Source: Phoronis australis
Taxonomy: Eukaryota > Animalia > Phoronida
DNA: 64,000 nucleotides
Assembly (NCBI GenBank): GCA_002633005.1
Contig: NMRA01000724.1
Coordinates: 6,328-70,327 of the forward strand
Direction: 5' to 3'
Below, in pieces: positions 11,283 to 23,200 of the stretch (position 1 is its first letter; each line of letters starts with the position of its first letter). Under the pieces are notes generated by a model. That model did no database searches. It was not told the DNA's origin and saw only the letters and a program-made list of their open reading frames with translations. Made by a program: the position numbers and the translations under genes.

Positions 11283-14200
11283 GTAGTTGCACTTAATTGG
11301 CTTGCTCGCACCAGACAATGCACTCATCGCAACTGAGTTCGACTCTGGCGCCGCGCTCACTTTGATCCCGGGTAAAAGCCGCTCAGAAGGATGAGCGGTG
11401 AAAAGTAATGCATATCTTTAGAAGTGCGTGCAAAATTTGAATTTTTTCTAATCATTTGTGGAATTTTGTGGAACTTCTCTGTTAGATAGAGTTTTGAACT
11501 GGCTTTCATTTTTTTGTTTCATTTTCAAATAACTATTGTATAATATTTGGAATTACTAGGGTTTTTTATGCGTTCAAACTTGTTTTTAATTGCATCAGTT
11601 GTGGCATTTTCTTTAAAACTGCATTTTATTTCTTTTCCTGGTTATGCTTGTACACTAGGCTCTCCAGGAAGTCACAAGGTTTAAATATTCACGGATTTAA
11701 TGAAACATAGCATCTTTAATGTATGCTATTTATCACTTTACATTTTGTTTTTAGGTTTTCATTGCATTGGCCATTGATGCAGCAGTTGGGTGCAAAACCT
11801 ATCCCCACAAGGGGAACAACTGTTACTATTGTCCACCAGGGTCACATCGAAAAAATCACTGCACGGACACTCAGCAGACAACCTGTTCTGTGTGTCCCCA
11901 TGGTACTTACGTCCATGTGGAAAACAAAGCTTCAAAGTGTCTAGACTGCAAAGAATCGTGTCATGTGACACACCAAGAGGTGGTGAGGAACTGTACATCA
12001 AGCAGTAACATAATCTGTCGATGCAAATCTGGGTATTGGTTGCGAAATCAGTTAGACCCACACTGCATGCCACACAGGCCTTGTTTTCCTGGTCATGGTG
12101 CCGTTATACCAGGTTTGTATTGCAGGCTAAGCTGTTGTTAGACTAACTTTTTGAGAAAAAAATATGTGTTACCTATTTGGGGTGTATTTGGAAACTTACT
12201 TGTCATCTTCTCCGCGTAGGTTTTTTGTGCATTTTTGAAAAAAGTTGTGCATTTTTCACATAAATATATGTGGTTACATATTTCTGTCACCTCTGTCTAA
12301 CTTCTCTCATCTACGGGCCACTAATTCTCTGTCTCCCAAAGCCTTTAAAAACTTCATGAAATTTGGCAGACCTGTTAGCCGTTTCTTCAGAGGAGTCTAC
12401 TCTTGTCGATATTTTTCTGATGCACCATACAAGACTTACCATTAGTTCGTAGTTTTGGAATTTGGATTGTCGGATTTTATTATTTTTTGAACAAGAACTT
12501 ATGGGAAGTGGCTTTATGTTGTTTTGTAGAATGTTCTTTGCAGCTGTTATCATGTTTAACTTAAAATTAATTTTTAAAAAACACTTGGAAAGTTGTGTTA
12601 TTTTGGTGATTATGTTTTGTGTAACTTTTTAAGAATGTCCATAAAGAATTGCTTGCTATGTGCTTAGCCTCAACACTTTGAAATCTTCAAAAATATCCCT
12701 TCATCATTCCACATGGCAGCTGCACAGGCTCTAGTTGTCCTACCTTGAAAAGATGGGATGAATTGGCTCAACTGTGTCAAGTTTCGCAGGTTTAATTTGG
12801 TCCTTTGGTTGAATATTTTCTTTTTGGGATAATGCATGTGTTCCTGAAGGGAAGACCACGAATGACTGACATTGATTTTCAGAAGAGTCTAACAACTGAG
12901 ATATCTCTTAGTACTAGCTTTGTGTTTTTACAAGGTTTTCGCAAGCGTAACAATGGCTGCCCTTGCTGCGCCCCCTTGTGGCAGTTTTGGTATCACTCTT
13001 GACTTATGCTGTGAAACCAAAACTCAAATATTAAGAAATTACAAACTTGCAAGTTTTTGCATTCAATAATTACTTTGCTGTGAATAATGTCAGAGTTGAC
13101 AGTTTATTAGACACTTTGTACAATTCATTTTAGGAACTCCCTTTTCCGACGTAACATGTAAAGCTTGCCCGTTGGGTACCTTCTCTGATGAGTACTCCAA
13201 AACCCAGAAATGTCAGCCTCACAGCAAGTGCAAAAATTATCTGTACCATGGGAATTCAACTCATGACAGTAATTGCACTGTGACGCACAGTGTAAACTCA
13301 TCTCGTCCATCTTCTGGCAAAGGTAAGATGCAAGATGTGTTAGATGATTTAGGCTTCATGTACGAATGTACTTGGCGATGAATAATCAACAAAAGAGCAA
13401 AAATTGTATGTAAACGTAGTTCATGATTACTTTCACCAGCTAGTCAGGCATCTTAAGGAAAGTCTGGAGATGGGTCCGATGCTGGGAAACTGCCTCTCCT
13501 TTCTGTCGTAGTTGTTCGAACACTGTCATTTTGCTGCCTGTTTGACAAAATGTTCGTGCGCTATATCTTAAGAGTTGCCTAATAGTTTTATTGACTATCA
13601 AATTGTAAACACTTATTTCCAATAATCTAGATACCATAGTCCAGCTAAGTGTCACCTATAGATTGGAAAAGTACATGTGTCAAATGTACAATGAACACAT
13701 TACGTACCATTCTCCTGGAGTGTAAAAATCAAGAAATTTCCGCTATCATGATCTAATCTAAAATCACACTCGATTAAACTTGTACAGCACGCCTTTTATG
13801 TTGGTACACCATACTGTGGTTAAGCTGGTCAGAGCTTACAGCCTGACAAAGGAATCAACAGGTAAAAGTTAAGTCTAATTTCTCTGAAAGTTAACCGACT
13901 TTTTCTCCATTCAAAAGTTTTGGTGAAAGCATTTCATACAAAACACATCTGATTCACGAACTTTTTTGAACATCGTTTGCAAATTAATTTTTAAATATCG
14001 GTTAACATCAGACGCGCTGGGGGCTATTCGACAATCTTTACATTACTAGAGGACGCGCGTGTACTAGTGGTGATAGATTAAGCAGCCTCGATTTCGCGAG
14101 CCCTTTAAATACATGGTGAAATGGCTTGCAGTGGCGCCAACTGAATCTGAGATTGAGTGAAAAGGGTGCATAGCCTTATAGAAAGGTAAGGTTTGTGATT

Positions 14201-17200
14201 ATTTTAACGATTATTATAGTAGTGATGCCTGTTAACTGAGGTACTGGCCAATGTCGACTTCGCAGCAGTTGCCAGTGGGGTTAATCATTGTTTGTTTTGA
14301 TGTGTGTTTCGATACTTGACCTGGCACTCAGGATCTTTTTGTATATTTGGAATGATTTCTAGCAGGTTTACCACTCTAAGGATGATTGTGAAAATTGGCA
14401 TGTATGTTTTTAAAATGAAGAAGATGGCTGACAATGATTTACCGATGACTTCAACTACTGTGGCACCTCTTAGTGGCAGTTTTTTTGCATCCATGGTTGT
14501 ATCTCCTTAACTGTTTGCAGAATCTTTACTAAATTTAGCAAGTGTATTTATTTGGTGTTGACAACAGACAGCAACGACTTTCGCAGGGATCGGACTACAG
14601 GTGCAATTTTTGTTTTTTACTTTTACTTATGCATCTCCAAACTTAAGGTCCTCAATATAGTTTCATAAAATTTGGGATATAGGCATCTATTAGCAAAATG
14701 ACATTATCCTCTCGTTTTTGGATGATTTCGAGGTATTTTGTGCCACCTAGTGGCCATTAATACTGTTTTCGAGTCTGTTTTTTGGCATCCACCCCTTTAT
14801 CAATCAAACCCGTCCAAGGATGTTTGTGAAAATTGGCATGTTCGTACTATGAAGAGGATGGCTGAGGATGCTTTTCCAATGACTTCGACTACTGTGGCGC
14901 CTCCTAGTGGCAGTTTTGTTTTTTTGCGCCCATGGCTGTATCTCCTAAACTGTTTGCAGAATCTTTTCTAAATTTAACAAGTGTATTATGGTACATGATG
15001 TTGACAACGGACGACGACATCTTTCGCACGGATCTGACCACCAGTGTGCCCCCTAGTAGCAATTTTATTGTTTCACTTTTATCTCTGTATATTCAAAGAT
15101 CCTCAACCGAGTTTCATAAAATTTGGAATGTAGGCATTTATTGGTGAGCTGACCCTATCCTCTTGTGTTCAGATGGATTCGAGTTTTTTTGCCACCTAAT
15201 GGCCATTTTTACTGGTTTTGAGTCTGTTTTGTGGCATCCACCCGTGTATCAAGTAAACCATTCTAAGGATGTTTTTGAAAATTGGCGTATATGTTCTCAG
15301 TATGAAAATGAGGTTTGACGATGACGACTTCGATTACTGTGGCGCCTCCTAGTGGTGGTTTCGTTTTGTTTTGCACCCATAGCTGTATTTCCGAAACCCA
15401 CTGCATTATCTTTTTAGTAAGTGTATTTATATGAAGCTAGCTGTAGACAACTTTCAGGTGAACGCTGTGCCCCCTAGTGGCAATTTTTTTTCTTTTTCCT
15501 GTTCTTTTGTTTCTCTGAAGTTCCTTGACAGATTTTTATGCGCCCACATATTTATATGTGGATGCATTATGCCGTCATCTCCGTCCGTCCGTCTGTCCGT
15601 CCGGGCGACGTCCGTCGTCCGCTGCTCTATCTCCAAAACCCTTTGACATACGTTCATGAAATTTGGCACATATGTTCCATTCATGAATGGGACGGCATGT
15701 GCGAACTTTCGGACGGATCCGAGTACCGGTGTGTCCCCTAGTGGCAATTTTAGTTTTTTACGCTTACCTTTGCATCTTCAAATGTCCTGAACGGATTTTC
15801 ATGAAATTTGGTATGTAGGCACCTATTAGTGAGATGACGCTATCCTCCCGTTTTCAGATGGATTCGACATAGTTTGCGCCACCTAGTGGCCATTTTTAGT
15901 GTTTTCGAGTCTGTTTTTGTGCGTCCACCTCTCTATCAACCAAACCGCTCGAAGGATGATTGTGAAAATTGGCAGGTATATGCTTACTATGTAGAGGACG
16001 ATTGACGATGACTTTCCGACGATTTCGACTACTGTGGGGCCTCCTAGTGGCAGTTTTGTTTTTCGCCTACGGCTGTATCTCCTAAACCGTTCGCAGGATC
16101 TTTACGAAATTGTGTAAGTATATTTATATGATGTTAGCAACGGAACATGACAACTTTCGGACGGATCCGACTACCGGTGTGCCCCCTAGTGGCAATTTTA
16201 GTTTTTTACGCTTACCTTTGTATCCTTAAAAGTCCTGAACGGATTTTCATGAAATTTGGTATGTAGGCACCTATTGGTGAGATGACGCTATCCTCCCGTT
16301 TTCAGATGGATTCGACATAGTTTGCGCCACCTAGTGGCCATTTTTTGTGTTTTCGAGTCTGTTTTCGTGCGTCCACCCCTCTATCAACCAAACCGCTCAA
16401 AGGATGATTGTGAAAATTGGCATGTATATGCTTACTATGTAGAGGACGGTTGACGATGATTTTCCGACGATTTCGACTACTGTGGCACCTTTTAGTGGCA
16501 GTTTTGTTTTTTTGTTTTGCCTATGACTGTATCTCCTAAGCCGTTCGCAGGATCTTTATGAAATTGTGTAAGTATATTTATATGATGTTAACAACAGAAC
16601 ATGACAACTTTTGGACGAATCCGTCTACTGGTGTGCCCCCTAGTGGCAATTTTAGTTTTTTACGCTTACCTTTGNNNNNNNNNNNNNNNNNNNNNNNNNN
16701 NNNNNNNNNNNNNNNNNNNNNNNNNNNNNNNNNNNNNNNNNNNNNNNNNNNNNNNNNNNNNNNNNNNNNNNNNNNNNNNNNNNNGGATGATTGTGAAAAT
16801 TGGCATGTATGTGCTTACTATAAAGAAGACAGCTGACAATGATTTTCAGAGGATTTGGACTACTGTGGCGCCTCCTAGTGACAGTTTTGTTTTGCACCTA
16901 TGGCTGTATCTCCTAAACCGTTCGCAGGATCTTTACGGAATGTAATAAGTGTATTTATATGATGTTAAAAACAGACGATGACGACTTTTGGACTGGTCCG
17001 CCTACCAGTGTGCCCCCTAGTGGCAATCTTATTTTTTTATGTTTACCTCTGTATCTTCACAAATCCTTAACGGATTTTCATGAAATTTGGTATGTAGGCA
17101 CCTATTAGTGCGAAGACGCTATCCTCCCATTTTCGGATGGAATCGACCAAGTTTGCGACACCCAATGGCCATTTTTACTGTTTTTGAGTCTGTTTTTTGG

Positions 17201-20200
17201 CGTCCACCCCTCTATCAACCAAACCGCTCTAAGTGTGATTGTGAAAATTGGCTTGTATGTTCTTTAATGAAGAGGACGTTTGACGCTGAATTTCCCATGA
17301 CTTTGATTGCTGTGGCGCTTCCTAGTGGCAGTTTTTTTTTGCGCCCATGGCTGTATCTCCCAAACCGTTTGCAGGATCTTTACTAAATTTAGCAATTGTA
17401 TTTATGTGATGTTGACAACGGACAATGACGACTTTAGGATGATTCTGGCTTCCGGTATGCCTCTAGTGGCAATTTAAGTATTTTACATTGACCTCTGTAT
17501 TTTCATAGGTCTTCAGGTGTATACTTTGTGTTAACTTCGTGACTATGAAGGAAAAGTTCCAAGCAGAAATTTGTTTGTGGCATTCTAATGCTGTGCTAAT
17601 CTCGTATGTTGGTAAATTTGTTTTTTATTCTATGTTTCTGTGGTGCTTTAAGCAACTGATGTATAGGATGTGCTTATATTATGAAGATCACTCACATTTT
17701 GCCCCTAGCCTATTGAGGAGACAATGACCATGCCTTTCCATTTTGCAAAGTACAACATACTACATATATGCCCTCTACTGGCCACTTTATGGTACCAGTA
17801 AACAACCCTAGAAAAATACCGTATATGGTGCAATTGTGGGCGCATTTCAACGCTCTGTGTTGCTCTTGTTATGAAATTTAGTAAATAGCTTTCTATTGAA
17901 GAAGCGATGGTATGTCCCATTTTCGGATGGTTTGACATTTTGCTCCATCTAGTGATGATACAAATAAACAACTCTAGAAGCACACGTGGGCGCATTCGTG
18001 GGCGCATTTGGCATTTCAATGCCCTGCGTTGCTTTTGTTTTGGTATGACCCATTCTGTATTGTCTGGCTGTCGACCTAACTTGTGTTCACCATTGTCTAT
18101 CAGAGTCATGGTAATACCCCCCAAGAATGCTGGTGAATTTGAATGGGGGAGCGAGTCGTGCTACATTTCACAATGTCGCTATGTTGTTCACTGTTTCAAG
18201 TTTAGTTATGACATTTTTGGTTACAGGAGACCCAACCGTGCCTGGAAATGTTGTGGATGGTGTGGATAGTCAAGGTTTGTAAATTGGTCATCACAGACAC
18301 AGAGGGATCTTCACGTCAGAAATTTCCTTCAAACCATGCTGAAGACAATACTTGCAATATATGAAACCTTGAATTTATTCTAGCCTGCAACTGATACGAG
18401 TTTGAAAGACTTTCGAATTTGAGAAGACCTCTTTGATTAGCCTGCCTAAGGATTGTACATTGTGTTTTTTGGCCAAATATGGGTCCATTTATTTTTTGCT
18501 TGGTTCAGTTATAAAACATCATCTTTGACACACAACTGGCAGGTTTAGAATTGCCAGTATGTACAAGACACAGAATTTATTAGTCGACACAATTAATGCA
18601 AGCTATTCACTGGGTCTCCACCAGCAGTCTGCCCAGACGGCTCATGACAGTCTCAAATAACATTAAGTTACTAGAGCATTGAAACAAATGCCTACGTCTG
18701 CATAAGGCTATGGTAAAATGAACTCTCAGATACACTGCTCCAAAAATCTTATTACACATCCAGAAAGTAGTTTGCCCCATGATCTACAATAAACCTATTG
18801 CTCTGCTGATTGACATTACGGCGTTTTCCCATTGCTCCCAACTTGTTCGATTTTATAGCCCAACAAGTTTGGAAGTTTACCCCAGTAGCCAATATCTTAC
18901 ACGACTGATTAACTCCATTCTGGCATTTGGGGTTGGAGGGCCAGCTCTCTTTTGTTCGATAATTGCTCTAATCTCCAATAAGATCGTATCTACCCTGACT
19001 GGGCTGTGCTCTTAGAAATAAAAGTTAAGTTATAACATATTTCAACATAAACCAAAAGCATTTCTGAAATCTTCGTCAAATGGTGATCATGTTTAGTTTT
19101 TGAATCGCCAAAATCGCCCAACTGCAACCGAAGTTACAACAATCTATTCTTTCCAAATACACCAATTCACTCTGAGTTTGACTGTGTTCACATGTGGTCT
19201 GTAATAAGCCTGGTAGATAAATGGCCTGCTTGTTGTCATAACAGACAAAAGAGTGTGCTTGGCAGTTAACAAAGAAGCTAGATATTATCACATGCTCACA
19301 ACTCCCTACGTCTGATAAAGTCACTGAACGGGAAAACGACGGTCATGACATGATTTCAGAGTTTGTAATTGTATGTGATAACCCTTAAACTGCAACACAA
19401 AAAGTCTTGTTGGATCAATTGCCATAACATAAAGCCATACATTGCATTTCCCAACTAGCCACTGTGAATGCTTCATAGTGGAAGGTATTGCAATTGACAG
19501 TACACAGACATTTATAACTGGCTTCTTTTGTTTGGGGATAAGGAATCTGAAATGGGTGTCAGTATTGACTGCTAGCTACTCATGGCAACTTTAGACATGG
19601 TAGATTAAAAAAACTTAATTCGCTATTAAAAATTGTTTCTTTGCTCCTCAGTCAATCATCGGTAAGATGACGTCTTTTCAGCCTTTAACTTGAACACGCT
19701 CCAACATTAGCACCTCGAAGTGGATCAAATTCCAGTTTGACAAGAATTCTGCCACTCTTTGGTCTTCTGTTACCACAACCATGATGATGCTGATTCCACT
19801 GCGGCTGCTGCTGACTTTGTCATTGACTTCCTTCACTTAGTTGAAGTTCCAGACTATTTTGTCTTGTTCTTGGTATCTTCCACATGCTTAATGCCACAAA
19901 ACCTTTAGCTCCTACATCAAGTGGTAAACAGAAACACTTCAACCATTTTCTCGAACAGTTATGGCTCAGCTCAGTGTACTTCAAAGCTTTCCTCTCCTGG
20001 GGTTCCTGTATCCTGGCTTCCCGTGGCACAGTTAATTCTGCCAAGACCACCACTCTGGCTGTGTCTGACAGGTCTTAAAGATATTGAAGGTTTATGAGTC
20101 GGGAATCTGCATTTACTTATTCACATCTTCCGCCACATGTAAGATTCATGCAGCATTACAGAATACTTTTTGTAGGCAGCTGTTCAAAAATCGGTAATCT

Positions 20201-23200
20201 TCTTCACTACCATTCACCAGATCCAGCGTGTGAACAAATTCCTTGAGGACCTTGTTTTGCCACCAAATGTACTTCCTCTCTGCCTTCCTGCAATTGGACA
20301 AGACGTGTTGTAGGGTGTGTACTTCACTACAACAGCTATACCTATCGCTGTCCTCCTTCCATGACTTCAAGTTGTTCCTCCTTAGTATGGTCTGACTGTG
20401 CTGCTCCTTGTGGAGTTCGTGATTCTCCTCTCTAGCACTCTCTTCCAGGTGGTCCAGTCTCCTTGTTCCTTTATAACAACTGCTCAAGTGGCGCTCTTCT
20501 TCCTCTTCACAAATCTTCCATATCTTGCCTCTCCTTCCATTTTGTCACCCTCCTAGTGGATGGTACAAATTAACCAAGCCTTGTTGGCCACAAAAGACCT
20601 CCAACTATGTCCTTATGCTGAAGATGACTCACTGCTCTGTACACTTCTTCTGGAGGGTTCCACTTTCTACCTTCTGATACCTGAATCTCTGAGCTGACAA
20701 ATCTGTCCCCGAAGTCTTGGACTGTGAGAAATTTTCTTGCTTTTGACTTTTTGAAGTCTTCTACCACTGATCTTAGTGGAAGGGATACTACTACCGCCCC
20801 TCTGTACATTCCAACAGACGCGAAACTTTCTGATGACCCAACCACTTCCTCATTAGCTGGTTTTTCGTTCACTCCATAAACTCGACTATGTAGTTTATAA
20901 TGCAGCGAACAGATTGTGGCATTGAAATCTTGGACACCTCATCTTGAACCTCCCTAATAACGTGCACTTGTTAATTTTCTTCAGTATCCCCCTGAACAAA
21001 GCCACTGTGTGTTTCGCGTTCGGGATGTCACTCGGGCTACTATTTTACACCTTTGCTCAGATATTGCATTGACTTATCCCCAGAGATGGAATCTCCTTGT
21101 CATTCATCCAGAAGGCTCGGTGCTGTTTCATTTTCCCTTTCGTCAAGACTGCTTCACCTTGAATTTCATTCTGCCCCATGCTATTAATTCATCCACTTTC
21201 TTCATCACCCATCCTGCTCCTACCAGTGTTGATGTGGTGTCTCTTAGGTCATCAACAAATGCATGGCACTGGGGAAGGTGTCTGCCTTGTAGAAGATGTT
21301 CCTTTCTTCAAAGTGATCTTTAATTCTGTTGTGTACTTTTTGGTTGTTTGAGTGGGAAAGTCAGTTATCTACCTCAAAAAATGGGAAATAACAAATTTCT
21401 GCAGCTGCAGTTCATTAGTTGGCAAACAAACCCTTCAATAAGGCTGGAAATTGGCACAGTGAAAGTGCAAAATCGAGTGCCACACACTTCACACTCGAAT
21501 TGCACGTCAAATATTAACCAGCATGCATCAAAATTGCAATCATGTGAACACATTTATCTGCAAAAGTAATATGGTTAATACAATTGCATGGATAATCAAG
21601 TCCTTCGAAAGAACTTTCTCACTCGAAGGTTCGACTTTTTACTATTTGCTTGTTGCAATTTTGTAAACTCATGAAATGAAGCATTCACTTGTCTGATTGG
21701 CTGGTATTCGGGTCACTACGTGACTTCATTCAGTGAAAAACGGAAATCACAAGGTGGCAGACAATTTGATTCCTTGTCGTTAGAGAAACTGGTAAAAGGA
21801 AGCTTAATATAACCAGTGAGACCACTTACGGTTTCCAAAGGTACATTTGGTTAGTACTAACACACTGAACAAGAATTTTCCTCCCATTCTTTTGATTTAT
21901 ATCCATTGCACCAACTGGTGAAAAGCCCTCTGGTGGACTTTCAGCTCAGTTTAAGTGCTGAGTATTGGCTCGCTGTTCCTTTGTTGGAGTGTCCCAGCCT
22001 CTATTGTGTAATCTGCCTGAGCAAATTGATATTTGTACACCACAGTATAGTGAAATGCGGATCTGAGTTATCTTACTGGTAATACCCCCAAAAATGCAGT
22101 GGAATTTGAACAGACGAGTGTCTTATCTCTCCATTGCTTTATGTCCCTTATTCAAATGTTGTCATTATGTTGTTGTTTTTTGTTTATAGAATCGTCGACA
22201 ATTACTTCAAGGGGTGAAGAAACTAGGAATCATACAAAAGGTTTGTAAAAAACGAGGTAGTATTTAGCGTCATGTATGGAAAGGTGTTGATTATTCTAGC
22301 CAGGGCTTGGAATTGTCCTCTTTTGACAGGATTTCTTCTTTTTTTGGCTTCGTTTTTTTTTTCTTATTTCCAGTTTCCTCTTTTTTCATTTCTTTAGTCA
22401 TTATTTTGACTTAATTCATGCAAAAACATTTATTTCAGTTAAGTTTCATGTCAAAAATATTTCTAACCCACAAGCTTATTTATTTGTGGAACGACACATT
22501 ACCCAGAAAATTTTCCTCTTTTTGTCATTGGTCATTACAAGCCTTGTCCAGCACTGATTAGTGTGGCTAAAACGTATCAGTAACTGTCGGCTTAAATGTT
22601 TTGTTTCCTCAGCATTAGCTGTGGTAGTACTTTGAGGTTCATTGCGTTTCTGCCCTATTTTTTGTTCATGAACAAATATTTTTGTTGTGACAAATATTCA
22701 TAACATTCTGATTGTATTTTTGCTTAAAATTTTAGAAAATTTTGAGAATATGACAATTTGTGTACTTGAATATTATTATGTTTGAGCCGGGTTTCTAGCT
22801 CCTCAGTTTGGTTTTGTCTATATATTAATAATTAAAGAATAAATTGGTTTCATGTGGTCGGTGGAATGGGACCACCAACTTGTACCAGACCGCCTGCAAT
22901 TATTTTTATATTATTACCAACCTAGCAACTTTTTTAAGTTCAGAACTTGAGTGGATTAACATTGGGGCTCAGTTTAACTAAAACTGTGCCTTGTTTTTAC
23001 CCGCCATTTCTTTTGCAGACACTTCTTTCCCAGTGGTGTTGGGACCAGTTGGTGTTGCCTTGATAGTAATTGGTGCGACAGTTCTGGTGTGCTGTTTATT
23101 GGGTGGTTTATGTTGGAAGTACGGATGGCTAGAAAGCTTGTTGAGATACTGCAGAGGTAAGAGGTATATATGACAGGAGTTCCTGTCTTTCTTATCAATA

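Larger units (their letters stand above)
14370..18040 (+). mobile_element. Older Helentron/HINE-type element interrupted by a younger copy
   Basis: Diverged ~150 bp core units at 14370-15532. Sequence resumes at 17871 and ends gggcgcattt...caatgccctgcgttgcttttgtt. Confidence 0.7.

Noticed and set aside
13841-13861. Possible extra micro-exon (cttacag...aacag|gtaaaa)
   Set aside because: No polypyrimidine tract, and it introduces an immediate stop in the required phase.
15731-16650. CRISPR-like array (short conserved motif at regular spacing)
   Set aside because: The intervening sequences are themselves repeated every third unit, spacing is ~150 bp, the context is eukaryotic and there are no cas genes.
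14285-17727. Recurring short ORFs such as MIVKIGMYV...TTVAPPSGSF and MKEKFQ.EIC (also 32172-33104 and 45806-50893)
   Set aside because: Chance translations of the HINE tandem core. Frames are not preserved between copies and there is no Rep/Helicase motif.
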